From an uncultured cyanobacterium (GTDB lineage: Bacteria; Cyanobacteriota; Cyanobacteriia; PCC-6307; Cyanobiaceae), in contig CAVXWZ010000011.1 of NCBI GenBank assembly GCA_963765575.1, positions 256,001 to 320,000 of the forward strand: a stretch of 64,000 bases of DNA. Reading direction: 5' to 3'. The notes below the pieces were generated by a model. That model was not told the origin of the DNA. It searched no databases and saw only the letters and a list, made by a program, of their open reading frames with translations. This document shows positions 43,435-53,014 of the stretch, in pieces. Position 1 is the first letter of the stretch. Every line of letters begins with the position of its first letter. The translations under genes were made by a program, and so were the position numbers.

Positions 43435-44175
43435 GTGCAGCCGCCCAGCCCCTTGCCTGTGCCCAGGTCCCAGACCGGTGATTCAGCTTCGTCGCAGGCT
43501 CGGCTGCCGAGGGTGGTGGCGGTGGGCTTCAACAAGTGCGCCACCCGCAGCCTGGCCCAGCTGTTTGCCCGTGCTGGCCACCGGGTTGTGCATCAGAAAA
43601 TCGCCGCTGGCTGGATCGCACGATTGTGGACAACACGCAAGATCGGCCGCTTGATGCGCCTGAATGTGGATGCTGGTCGCCCTGTGTTTGCCGGTGTCGA
43701 AGATTATGTATTTTATGGTGATCTGATCGACAGTAGTGACCGGGAAAGTTTTGACGGAAATACTCTGTACCGCCGCATTCTTGATGATTATCCCGACACG
43801 ATTCTGTTGCTGAACTGGCGTGATCGGGAAGCCTGGATCCACTCCCGGCTGCGCCATGGCCACGGTGAATTCGCGGTCCGTGAGTGCCGCCTCAGGGGGC
43901 TGGCCAGCCTCGACGACCTCGCTGCTCTCTGGCGGCAGGAGTGGGATCAGCACCTGGCGGCGGTGCGCTCCTTCATGGCCGCTCGCCCGCAGCAGCTGAT
44001 CGATTTCCAGCTCGACCACGACCCCATCGAGGACCTGGTGCGTCGCCTGCCCGCCTACGGCCTCAGGGCCGAGCACTTCAGCGACATCGGCCGCAGCCGT
44101 GATCGCCAGCTTCCCAGGTGCGTGGCCCTGCTCAAGCGCTGGTGGTCGCATCAGCGGCCCCGGAGCTGGCGATGA
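43435..44175 (+). CDS. P-loop sulfotransferase-family protein
   Basis: VVAVGFNKCATRSL (PSB-like), YPDTILLLNWRDREAWIHS (3'-PB-like). Confidence 0.75.
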   Translation: MQPPSPLPVPRSQTGDSASSQARLPRVVAVGFNKCATRSLAQLFARAGHRVVHQKIAAGWIARLWTTRKIGRLMRLNVDAGRPVFAGVEDYVFYGDLIDSSDRESFDGNTLYRRILDDYPDTILLLNWRDREAWIHSRLRHGHGEFAVRECRLRGLASLDDLAALWRQEWDQHLAAVRSFMAARPQQLIDFQLDHDPIEDLVRRLPAYGLRAEHFSDIGRSRDRQLPRCVALLKRWWSHQRPRSWR

Positions 44176-44933
44176 TCCTCAGCCATCGCCACCGCTTGAT
44201 CGTGCTGCACTGCCGCAAGGCAGCCGGCAGCTCCATCTGTGTGTCCCTCGCCCGGCTGCTGGGCCCAGCCGACCTCCAGCTCAGCGCCATCGTGGACACC
44301 CTGGGCCAGGGGATTCCGCTCACCAGGCGGGTGCGGCGGGAAGCCTGGCGCCACAACCCGGCAGCCCTGGCCCTGGCCAGTGGTCTGGGCCCTCGGATGC
44401 GGGCCCGGGCCCTCGGGCGCGCCATCGACCATGCCTACCGGCCGCTGCTGGGCCGCAAACCCCCCCACGCCCCTGCCCGCATGGTCGCGGCCGCCTTTCC
44501 CAGGGAGTGGAGCTCCTACCGGAAGCTCGCCGTGGTGCGCAACCCCTGGGACAAGACCGTGTCCGATTACTTCTGGCGCATCCAGCGGCTGCGTCGCCCG
44601 CCCAGCTTCTCCAGCTATGTGCAGGCGCTGGCGGCCGGTGATGACCTCGGCGGCGTGGTGCCGTTGGCCTTCCATGACAACTGGCCGATGTTCACGATTG
44701 ACAATCAGGTGGTGGCCGACTCCATCGTGCGCTTCGAAGCGCTGCCGAGCGATCTGGCCTCAGCCCTGCAGCTGCTGGCCGTGGACTGGGATGGTTGGCT
44801 GCCCCGCTCCAAGGCGGGCCATCGACCGGCAGCCGACCGCTCGGACTACCGAAGCCACTACAGCCCGGATCTCGAACGCCTGGTGGGGCGGCTGTACCGG
44901 GCCGAGATCGAGCAGTTCAACTACCGCTTCTGA
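44172..44933 (+). CDS. Sulfotransferase (Sulfotransfer_2 family)
   Basis: MILSHRHRLIVLHCRKAAGSSI, VVRNPWDKTVSDY, VRFE, LYRAEIEQFNYRF; ATGA overlap with previous gene. Confidence 0.85.
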   Translation: MILSHRHRLIVLHCRKAAGSSICVSLARLLGPADLQLSAIVDTLGQGIPLTRRVRREAWRHNPAALALASGLGPRMRARALGRAIDHAYRPLLGRKPPHAPARMVAAAFPREWSSYRKLAVVRNPWDKTVSDYFWRIQRLRRPPSFSSYVQALAAGDDLGGVVPLAFHDNWPMFTIDNQVVADSIVRFEALPSDLASALQLLAVDWDGWLPRSKAGHRPAADRSDYRSHYSPDLERLVGRLYRAEIEQFNYRF

Positions 44934-45826
44934 GCAGCAGCCGTCGCCTGCTCCAGGAACCGGGCCGCGGCATCGTCGGTCACCACCTGCCGCTCGATCA
45001 GGCGCACCGTGCGCATCACCTTGCGCCGGTAGGCGCTGGCCTTGGAGCGCAGATTGGGCCCGCGTTGGATCTTCTGCTCCAGTTCCTCGCCTGAGCGGGT
45101 GTAGTAGTGATTGAGCTGCAGATGATCGGCGCTGTAGAAGGCCGCCCGTGTGCGCTTGCCCATGCAGGTGGCCTCGCCGCGATCATTCCAGGTGAGGTCA
45201 CCCTGGTCCACCTGCATGCGGTGCACGCGCACCGCGGTGAGATGGCACGGGTCAACGACACATTTGAAGTTCACTCCGCGCATGGGATCGGCTGCTCGCA
45301 AGCGGTAGTTGGCCACGACGCCGCCCGGCGGGGCCCGGTGGTGGCCGCAACGGCCGAACATGTGCCAGGGCAAGGAGAGATTGCGCACCTGGGGGCCGAG
45401 ATGGGCGAGGGCTCGATCCAGACTTTCAGCCTGTTTGGGCACCAGGAACTCATCGGCATCGATGAAGGCCATCCAGCGGAAATCGCCACCGAAATTGGCC
45501 GCCGCATGGGCATAGGCCAGCACCTGGTTGTGAATCTCGCGGTGCAGGGGCAGATCCGTGAGGCGCTGGCGCCAGGGGACCACCCGCAACTGTTCGGATC
45601 CCAGTTCCCCGGCCAGCCTGGTGACGGTGGCATCATTGCTGCCGTCGTCGTAGACGATCACCTGGCGGGCGCCGGCGAGGCGATGGAAGCGCGCCCATTC
45701 GCCGATGTGGCGCGCTTCGTTGCGCACCACCAGCACCAGGGCGACGCCGTGGCGGTGGGGGGCCGGCTGGGGTGGGTTCAGCCCCAGCCGAGCCACCTTG
45801 GTGCGCTGCAGGATGGCATTCAGCAT
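44921..45826 (-). CDS. Glycosyltransferase, GT92 / GT2-like (GT-A fold)
   Basis: VRNEARHIGEW, YDDGSND, WMAFIDADEFL (DxD), LNHYYTRS. Confidence 0.85.
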   Translation of the reverse strand: MLNAILQRTKVARLGLNPPQPAPHRHGVALVLVVRNEARHIGEWARFHRLAGARQVIVYDDGSNDATVTRLAGELGSEQLRVVPWRQRLTDLPLHREIHNQVLAYAHAAANFGGDFRWMAFIDADEFLVPKQAESLDRALAHLGPQVRNLSLPWHMFGRCGHHRAPPGGVVANYRLRAADPMRGVNFKCVVDPCHLTAVRVHRMQVDQGDLTWNDRGEATCMGKRTRAAFYSADHLQLNHYYTRSGEELEQKIQRGPNLRSKASAYRRKVMRTVRLIERQVVTDDAAARFLEQATAAAQKR

Positions 45827-45966
45827 CAGCTTTCCTGCCCGGTCCCGGCACACCGGGGGGCGACGCCATCGCCCCAGCGAGCAGTTCCATCCGAGCGGTG
45901 AAGCTGCAGGAGCTCGTTCGCCAGCAGAACCGTTGGCAGCAAAACATTTGGCAGCAGAGTGCCATG

Positions 45967-45992
45967 AAAAAACCGGGACCTTGGGGTCCCGG
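45967..45992 (-). terminator. Intrinsic terminator of psaD
   Basis: CCGGGACC-CCAA-GGTCCCGG followed by TTTTTT on minus strand. Confidence 0.85.
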
Positions 45993-46015
45993 CGGGCTGA
46001 ATGGCCTGGCTGCGA

Positions 46016-46447
46016 TCAGGCGTCGTAGGTGTTCCGGCCGCTGAACTTGAGGTTGGCGGGATTGGGGTTGGCGCCGATGCTGCGAGGGGTGTGGCCCACC
46101 ATCGGCCGGCCTTCGTTCACCTTCTCGGGGAACACACCATCCTTGGGGTGGAGATATTCCGTGTCACCACCGGGATAAATCCGGTAGATCTTGTAGTCCT
46201 CAATCCTGGGCTTGAAGCGAGTGCGCAGCTGGGTGCCGAGGGCCAGGCATTGCTCCTTGCGGGCGAAATACATGATGTTTTCGCCTTCGCCCATCTCGGC
46301 CGCGCCACCGGTGGGAAGCTCGAAGACTTGGGCCTTCGGGCTCGACCAGGTGATCGCGTATTTCTCTTCGGTTTCTGCGGAATTCAGCAAGCCACCTGTG
46401 CTGCCGATGTACTTGGGTAGTTGACCGCTCAGCGCCGTTGCTGTCAT
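46016..46447 (-). CDS. psaD: Photosystem I subunit II
   Basis: GSTGGLL...EEKYAITW...FELPTGGAA...RKEQCLAL...[12 protein letters not shown]. Confidence 0.98.
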   Translation of the reverse strand: MTATALSGQLPKYIGSTGGLLNSAETEEKYAITWSSPKAQVFELPTGGAAEMGEGENIMYFARKEQCLALGTQLRTRFKPRIEDYKIYRIYPGGDTEYLHPKDGVFPEKVNEGRPMVGHTPRSIGANPNPANLKFSGRNTYDA

Positions 46448-46539
46448 GGCTAATTCAGGTGTCGGCAGACTGTATTCAAGCGGAAACTAGCACCGTGGTT
46501 TTGGGGCACAGGGGCCCTGGCCGGCAGTCTTCACACCCG

Positions 46540-47976
46540 TCAACAAATGGGGAAGAACACGGTGAGGCCAGTGCCATCCCGTTCGGTGAGCCGGCCGCCG
46601 AGGCGCTGAAACAGCCGTTGGGTGGCCTGGCGGCTGAGCTGCAGGCTGCCGGTGGTGGGATCCCAGCTCAGCACGGGACCCACCGCCTGCACCCGGGCGC
46701 TGTCGGGATCGGTCCCGGCGCTGGTGCTGGCCGCCTGGCTGCGGCCATCGGCGCTGTCCAGCTGCAGCTTCAGCCGCGCTCCGGCCGCCTGCAGCCTGAG
46801 GCGCACGGTGCTGCCGCTGGGCAGGGAGCGGCTGAAACGATCGATCAGGCCCCCCAGCATCGTTTCCAGCCGAGCCGGATCACTGAGCACCGGCGGCAGA
46901 TCGGAGCTGATCGCCAGTCGCAACTGCAGGCCGCGCCGGGTCAGCTGCCGTTGCCAGATCGGCTCCAGTTGCCGCAGCAGGTCGCTGAGGTCGGTGCGCG
47001 CCAGCTCCTGATCGGCGGCGCCCCCGGGGCCGGAGTTGCCGGGCTGGTTCTGGAGTTCCGCCGCCAGAAAGATCAGGCCGAAGCGATCGATCTGTTCACT
47101 GCATTCGCCGTCGATGTCCTCCAGCCGCTGCCGCACCACCGCTGAGAGGTCGCGGCGGCGCAGCAGCGAGCGGATCAGGGTGCGGATCGTGGCCAGGGGC
47201 GTCCGCACCTCATGGGTGAGGGCCTCCAGCAGCGCCAGCTCACCGCCCACGCCACCGCTGTCAGACGCCCCAGGGCCGGGCTGCACCAGCGGACGCAGGG
47301 TCATGCTCGGGGCCATGGCCGCCAGGCGGTCGGTCAGCCGCGGCCAGAAGCGCTGGCCCAGCTCGGGATCGCTCTGCAACGATCCCAGCGACCGCATCGC
47401 CCGATGCAAGCGCTCGGCACTGGCCGGATGCCCCGCGGCCAGGCGGGCATGGATCAGGGCCAGGGCTGCGCTGAGCACCTCCGGCTCGAAGCGCACCAGC
47501 AGCCGCCGCCGGCGGCTGGGGCCATCGAGGCACAGCGCCACCTGCAGGCTGGGCGTGATCACGATCAGCAGGGGATCGGTGCCGTCGTGGGGCTGCAGTG
47601 GCAGGCGCTCGAAGCCGACACCGGCGGGCCGGGAGGCCCGGCCGCTGCCACCGGGCAGCAGGGCCTGGGGGGCGCGCACCAGCCCCTCCAGCGGCGCGGG
47701 GGTCCACACCCAACCCTGCAGACGGCCCAGCAGCTCGGGCTCGTAGAGGGCCGGCAGCGGCGCCGCCAGCCAGAGCCCGCCGGGATCGGGCCGCGGCAGC
47801 AGAAAGTCGCTCTGCAGGGTGGCCAGGGCCGCCCACCACTGGCGACGCACGGTGTCCTCGTCGTTGTGGCCCGACGGCACGCCGGCCGCGAGGCAGGCTC
47901 GCACCCGCGCCAGGCTCAACCGATCGGCTGAGCCTGGATCGTCGGGCTCGCTGGCCCGGGATGCCGCTGGGGCCAT
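46540..47976 (-). CDS. Histidine kinase with atypical ATPase domain (Hik34-like, tentative)
   Basis: H-box LTHEVRTPLATIR; C-terminal LFQRLGGRL...GTGLTVFFP; start uncertain (47976/48036). Confidence 0.8.
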   Translation of the reverse strand: MAPAASRASEPDDPGSADRLSLARVRACLAAGVPSGHNDEDTVRRQWWAALATLQSDFLLPRPDPGGLWLAAPLPALYEPELLGRLQGWVWTPAPLEGLVRAPQALLPGGSGRASRPAGVGFERLPLQPHDGTDPLLIVITPSLQVALCLDGPSRRRRLLVRFEPEVLSAALALIHARLAAGHPASAERLHRAMRSLGSLQSDPELGQRFWPRLTDRLAAMAPSMTLRPLVQPGPGASDSGGVGGELALLEALTHEVRTPLATIRTLIRSLLRRRDLSAVVRQRLEDIDGECSEQIDRFGLIFLAAELQNQPGNSGPGGAADQELARTDLSDLLRQLEPIWQRQLTRRGLQLRLAISSDLPPVLSDPARLETMLGGLIDRFSRSLPSGSTVRLRLQAAGARLKLQLDSADGRSQAASTSAGTDPDSARVQAVGPVLSWDPTTGSLQLSRQATQRLFQRLGGRLTERDGTGLTVFFPIC

Positions 47977-47998
47977 GGTGCGCTCTCCCGATCCAGAC

Positions 47999-49288
47999 CT
48001 ACCAGCGGTTTCTGCCAGGCCGGGGATGGCCGCCACCGCGGCGTCCCACGGAGGCGCAGAGACCCAGGGCCATGAAGTTCATCAGCATGGCCGAGCGGCC
48101 GTAGCTGAGGAAGGGCAAGGGAATGCCGGTGACCGGACCCAGGCCGATGGTCATGTTGATGTTCACCACCACCTGGAACATCAACATGGTGGCCACGCCC
48201 ACCACCAGCAGGGATTCCTCATCGCTGCGGGCCCGGCCGGCGATCTGCAGCAGCCGCCAGGCCAGGGCCACAAACCCGGCCACCACCAGCACCGAGCCAA
48301 TGAAACCGGTCTCCTCACCCAGGGCGCTGAAGATGAAATCGGTGTGCTGTTCGGGGATGAAGCGCAGCTTCGTGAGCGAGCCGTGCATCAGACCCGTGCC
48401 CCAGAGCTGGCCGCTGCCGATCCCCACGGTGCTCTGGAGCAGGTGGTAGCCGCCGCCCAGGGGGTCCTGGGCCGGGTCGAGGAAAAGCACCAGGCGATCG
48501 CGCTGGTAGTCCTGCAGACCATTGATCCACAGCCAGGGGGTGATCGCAGCGAAGAAGCCCTGCATCCCCACCACGACCGCCACCCCCAGGCGCTTCCAGG
48601 GCAGGCTGGTCCAGGCCCACCAGGCGCTGAGCGGAATCCAGACCAGCAGGCCCCAGGGCTGGGTGCCCGCCACAATCGCCGTGACCAGCGGGGAGAGCAG
48701 CAGCAGCAGCCAGGCACCCGGCATCCCCGACCAGAACAGCATCACCAGCAGCACGGCGCCGAACACCAGGGAGGTGCCCAGGTCGGGTTGGATGAACACC
48801 AGCAGCCAGGGGAGGCTGATCAGGGCCGTGGGCCGGATCAGATCCACCGGACGCTCCACCGGGTGGCGGGCCAGCACCCCCGCCAGCAGCACAAGCGCCG
48901 CCAGCTTGGCGAATTCCGATGGCTGCACGTTGAAGCCGGCAATGCTGATCCAGCGCTGGGCCCCCAGCGCTGTGGTGCCCACGAACCTCACCGCCAGCAG
49001 GCTGGCCACGGTGGCGGCGAAGATCGGCCACTGCCAGCGGGCCAGCTGCTCGAGGGGAATCCGCGCCAGCAGTAGGCCGACCCCCAGGCCCACGGCCGCC
49101 GTGATCCAGTGCTGGTACCAGTCGGCGTAGTCGGCCTGGCGCTGGGTGCTGGCAATCAGGATGCCCGACACGGCGATCATCGCCAGGGGGATCCCCCACA
49201 GCACCAGGTCCACCCCGGCCAGGAGCCGCCGCCGGCTGCGCTGCCGGCGCACGAACAGGGATCGGTGGCGCCCGCTGAGGCTGAACAT
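47999..49288 (-). CDS. rodA: Rod shape-determining protein RodA (SEDS)
   Basis: GAQRWI, QPSEFAK, QPDLGT, PEQHTDFIFS, TGIPLPFLSYG. Confidence 0.95.
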   Translation of the reverse strand: MFSLSGRHRSLFVRRQRSRRRLLAGVDLVLWGIPLAMIAVSGILIASTQRQADYADWYQHWITAAVGLGVGLLLARIPLEQLARWQWPIFAATVASLLAVRFVGTTALGAQRWISIAGFNVQPSEFAKLAALVLLAGVLARHPVERPVDLIRPTALISLPWLLVFIQPDLGTSLVFGAVLLVMLFWSGMPGAWLLLLLSPLVTAIVAGTQPWGLLVWIPLSAWWAWTSLPWKRLGVAVVVGMQGFFAAITPWLWINGLQDYQRDRLVLFLDPAQDPLGGGYHLLQSTVGIGSGQLWGTGLMHGSLTKLRFIPEQHTDFIFSALGEETGFIGSVLVVAGFVALAWRLLQIAGRARSDEESLLVVGVATMLMFQVVVNINMTIGLGPVTGIPLPFLSYGRSAMLMNFMALGLCASVGRRGGGHPRPGRNRW

Positions 49289-49293
49289 GGCCC

Positions 49294-50397
49294 TCAGGCC
49301 GGCAGGGGCGCGAGGGCTGCGATCCGGCTGGCCAGGGTTGTGAAGGCCAGGGCGGTGGCCGATTCAGGCGCCGACAGCACCACCGGCAGTCCCCGGTCGC
49401 CGCCCTCCCGAACCGGCAGTTCCAGGGGCAGTTGCGCCAGCAGGGGCACCCCCCCTTCTTCGGCCAGCCGGGCCCCGCCGCCGCTGCCGAAGATGGCGTA
49501 GCGCCGGTCGGGGGCGTCGGGGGGGATGAAAACGCTCATGTTCTCCACCACCCCGAGCACCGGGATGCCCATCTGCAGGAACATGGCCAGGCCGCGGCGG
49601 GCATCGGCCAGGGACACCTCCTGGGGGGTGGTGACGATCAGTGCCCCGGCCATGGGCACGGCCTGGGCCAGGGTGAGCTGGGCATCACCGGTGCCGGGCG
49701 GCAGATCCACCACCAGCACATCCCGTTCGCCCCAGTCCACCTGGTAGAGAAACTGGCGGATGATGCCGTTGAGCATCGGGCCACGCCAGACCACCGGCTG
49801 GTTCTCGGCCACCAGCAGGCCCATGGACACCAGGGCGATGCCGCAGCTCTGCATCGGCACGAGCACCTGGGAACCGCCTTCGCCGCGCACTTCGGGAGTG
49901 CGGTCGGCCACCCCCAGCATCGTGGGGGCATTGGGGCCATAGATGTCGGCGTCGAGCAGCCCCACCTTGAGGCCAGCCAGGGCCAGGGCGCAGGCCAGGT
50001 TCACGGCCACGGTGCTTTTGCCCACCCCACCCTTGCCGCTGCTCACGGCGATCACGCGTTTCACCCCGGGGATGGGCTGGCGTTCGGGCAACTGGCCCTG
50101 GCCTCCAGGCCCATGGCCGGCGGCGCCGATGGGGGCACCGGAGGGCGGCGCGGCGCTGGGCTGGGCCAGCTCGATCTGCACGTCGTCGATGTCGTCGAGG
50201 GCCAGCAGCGCCGAGCGGGCCCCGTCGACGATGCGCTCCCGCTGGCCCTGGGCAAAGCTCGGCAGGGCCAGGCGGATCACCGCCCGCTGCCCCTGAACCC
50301 TGGGCTCCTGGATCCAGCCCAGTTCCAGCAGATCGCGGCCACTGCCGGCATCCTTCACGGCGCTGAGGGCAACGCGGACCTGCTCTGAGGTGGCCAT
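49294..50397 (-). CDS. mrp: Mrp/NBP35 Fe-S carrier ATPase
   Basis: SGKGGVGKST, DADIYGP, WRGPM, DLPPGTGD, VENMS. Confidence 0.95.
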   Translation of the reverse strand: MATSEQVRVALSAVKDAGSGRDLLELGWIQEPRVQGQRAVIRLALPSFAQGQRERIVDGARSALLALDDIDDVQIELAQPSAAPPSGAPIGAAGHGPGGQGQLPERQPIPGVKRVIAVSSGKGGVGKSTVAVNLACALALAGLKVGLLDADIYGPNAPTMLGVADRTPEVRGEGGSQVLVPMQSCGIALVSMGLLVAENQPVVWRGPMLNGIIRQFLYQVDWGERDVLVVDLPPGTGDAQLTLAQAVPMAGALIVTTPQEVSLADARRGLAMFLQMGIPVLGVVENMSVFIPPDAPDRRYAIFGSGGGARLAEEGGVPLLAQLPLELPVREGGDRGLPVVLSAPESATALAFTTLASRIAALAPLPA

Positions 50398-50519
50398 CCA
50401 GCGGTGCTGCGCAGAGGGCTGATCCTAGGGGCGTGACAGAGGCTCTCGACCCACTTGTGGAGGGGTTGCGCGGCCTGAAAAGGTAGCCCTAACTCGCACG
50501 CCGATCCGGCGCGGCATCC

Positions 50520-51557
50520 ATGCTTGAGGCCCTCGAGGCTCCACCGGCCCAGTCCCGCCAGCGGGCCCGCGATCTCCTGCTCGGTCTGCAGGATTCCATT
50601 TGTGCCGGCCTGGAGCAATTGGATGGCGAGGGACGCTTCCTCGAGGAGAGCTGGGAGCGCCCCGAAGGCGGCGGTGGCCGCTCGCGCGTGCTCAAGGCCG
50701 GTCGGGTGTTCGAGCAGGGCGGCGTGAACTTCTCCGAGGTGCAGGGCTCCGAGCTGCCTCCCTCGATCCTCAACCAGCGGCCCGAGGCGAAGGGGCACCC
50801 CTGGTTTGCCACCGGCACCTCGATGGTGCTGCACCCCCGCAATCCCTACATCCCCACCGTTCACCTCAACTACCGCTATTTCGAGGCCGGCCCGGTGTGG
50901 TGGTTCGGTGGCGGCGCCGATCTCACCCCCTACTACCCCTTCCTCGAGGACGCCCAGCACTTCCATCGCAGCCTCAAGGCGGCCTGCGACAGTGTCAATC
51001 CCGCCTATTACCAGGTGTTCAAGCCCTGGTGCGACGAGTACTTCTTCCTCAAGCACCGCGGCGAAACCCGGGGTGTGGGCGGCATCTTCTACGACTACCA
51101 GGACCCCGGCGGGGTGCTCTACAAGGGGGGAGACCCCAGCGGCCCGGCCGCCGCCGCCGCTGAGCGGGTGGGGGCGATCGGGCAGAGCTGGGAGCAGCTG
51201 TTTCAGCTGGCCAGCGCCTGCGGCAACGCGTTCCTGCCCAGCTACCTGCCGATTGCGGAGAAGCGCCAGCACACCGCCTACGGGGAGCGGGAACGCCAGT
51301 TCCAGCTCTACCGCCGCGGCCGCTACGTGGAGTTCAATCTCGTGTTCGATCGCGGCACGATCTTCGGTCTGCAGACCAAGGGCCGCACCGAGTCGATCCT
51401 GATGTCGCTGCCGCCACTGGTGCGCTGGGAATACGGCTACGAGCCCGAGCCGAACAGCCGCGAGGCCCTGCTCACCGACGTCTTCACCCGGCCCCAGAAC
51501 TGGCTGGACGACCCTGGACTCAGGGAGTTGTGCGAACCCCACCAGGCGGTGGGCTGA
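50520..51557 (+). CDS. hemF: Oxygen-dependent coproporphyrinogen III oxidase
   Basis: [40 protein letters not shown]. Confidence 0.97.
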   Translation: MLEALEAPPAQSRQRARDLLLGLQDSICAGLEQLDGEGRFLEESWERPEGGGGRSRVLKAGRVFEQGGVNFSEVQGSELPPSILNQRPEAKGHPWFATGTSMVLHPRNPYIPTVHLNYRYFEAGPVWWFGGGADLTPYYPFLEDAQHFHRSLKAACDSVNPAYYQVFKPWCDEYFFLKHRGETRGVGGIFYDYQDPGGVLYKGGDPSGPAAAAAERVGAIGQSWEQLFQLASACGNAFLPSYLPIAEKRQHTAYGERERQFQLYRRGRYVEFNLVFDRGTIFGLQTKGRTESILMSLPPLVRWEYGYEPEPNSREALLTDVFTRPQNWLDDPGLRELCEPHQAVG

Positions 51558-52386
51558 GCCGGTCCGGGCTGATCGCGCCTTCGGCCACAGCAGGTTGCGG
51601 ACCGGGGCCGGCCAGCCCGCCGGGGGGGCGGCCGAGGCCCTGGTCGATCGCATCGACAACCCGGGTGGCGATGACGTTGATCGTGGCCTGACGGCGGATG
51701 GGGTCGCGCAGGGCGGCCTCCAGGGTGCCCTCCAGCTTGCCGATCTCGAGCATGCCGATGCCCCGGCGTGGTGCCCCCAACCCCTCGCGGTAGCGCAGCG
51801 GATAGGCGCCGAAGGCCTGGGCCAGGCTTTCGTCGATGCGGCTGGGGCTGCGGTGCAGCGGCGGGATCAGGCCCGAACCCACGCCATCGGGTCCATAGGC
51901 GTCGTAGTGGATCTCCAGGGCATAGCCCCCGGTTCCGGCGTGGCGGCGACCCACACTCCAGTTTGTGCGGGGATCATCCCCGTCGGGGATGGTGCGCACC
52001 AGCGGGTCGTAGAACCGGATCGCCAGGCCCCGCTGCCGGCCGAGAGCCTCCACGGCCTGGGCGGTGAGCAGGTTCCAGTAGAGCTCGTCGCGAATCCCCG
52101 GCTGCATCGGCGACGCCCCGCGCAGGGCCACGGCTTCGCCGGGGGTGCCCGCCCCGGCCATGTTCTGGGAGTCGGCGTGGCCGGCCAGCAGCAGGATGGG
52201 CACCGCCTCGGGCAGGGTCCGTCGGCCGATCCAGTCCTTGCGGTCGTTCAGCCGGCTGCGGGGGCCGGTGAGCGGATCACTCCCGGCCCACCCCGGTGCC
52301 TCGGCGCTGGCGCCCACGCCCAGCGCCAGGCCTGCCACCAGGCAAGCCAGAAGCACGAGCACGGGCCAGCGGCGAACGATCCTCAT
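51520..52386 (-). CDS. Exported N-acetylmuramoyl-L-alanine amidase-like protein
   Basis: Signal-like N-terminus; LAGHADS...DE...LEIHYDA...LEIG resembles Amidase_3 zinc ligands. Confidence 0.65.
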   Translation of the reverse strand: MRIVRRWPVLVLLACLVAGLALGVGASAEAPGWAGSDPLTGPRSRLNDRKDWIGRRTLPEAVPILLLAGHADSQNMAGAGTPGEAVALRGASPMQPGIRDELYWNLLTAQAVEALGRQRGLAIRFYDPLVRTIPDGDDPRTNWSVGRRHAGTGGYALEIHYDAYGPDGVGSGLIPPLHRSPSRIDESLAQAFGAYPLRYREGLGAPRRGIGMLEIGKLEGTLEAALRDPIRRQATINVIATRVVDAIDQGLGRPPGGLAGPGPQPAVAEGAISPDRLSPPPGGVRTTP

Positions 52387-52934
52387 ATCGGTGAGCTGAG
52401 CAGATTGGCGTCGCTGTAGAGGCCCAGGCTGGCACCGAGGTCCTGCTCCAGGGCGATCAGCTCATCGCGGTGGGCACGCAGCTTGAGGGCGCTGCCGGTG
52501 GCCTGATCGTGGCTGATCAAGCGCAGCTCCACGGTTTCGTCCCGGGCGGCGCGGCGGCGGTAGAGGAGGCCGGCGAGCGGCCCGAGCAGGGCCAGCAGCA
52601 GCGGCCACCAGCCCAGGGCCGGCTGCAGCTGGCGTATCACCAGCCCCAGGCAGCCGGCACCGAGGCTGCCCAGCAGCGAGAGCAGCACGGCCAGCAGCGG
52701 GCTGAAGCTCACCTGGCCTCGATAGAGCAGGCAGCGGCGCTCCGGGTCGGACTCCTGCGCCTGCCAGCCCCGCTGCTCCAGCCAGGCGCTGAGGGCGGGC
52801 AGCACCTCGAGGGCTGGCCTGGAACTGCGCACCTCCACGGTGGTGGTGCGGTCCTTGCTGGCGGCCCGCAGGAAAAACACCAGCCCGATGGCCAGCAGCA
52901 GGGTGAGCAGCAGGGTGGAGCCGGAGCTGGGCAT
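52383..52934 (-). CDS. Cofactor assembly of complex C subunit B (CCB1/DUF3529-like)
   Basis: STLLLTLLLAIGLVFFLRAASKDRT...LRAHRDELI. Confidence 0.85.
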   Translation of the reverse strand: MPSSGSTLLLTLLLAIGLVFFLRAASKDRTTTVEVRSSRPALEVLPALSAWLEQRGWQAQESDPERRCLLYRGQVSFSPLLAVLLSLLGSLGAGCLGLVIRQLQPALGWWPLLLALLGPLAGLLYRRRAARDETVELRLISHDQATGSALKLRAHRDELIALEQDLGASLGLYSDANLLSSPI

Positions 52935-53014
52935 CGGCTGATTCTGCTGGATCCGGCGCCGCCGTGCTGCCCAGCGCCCCGATGCAGCATGGGGGATCCA
53001 CCCCTGCCGCGCCG

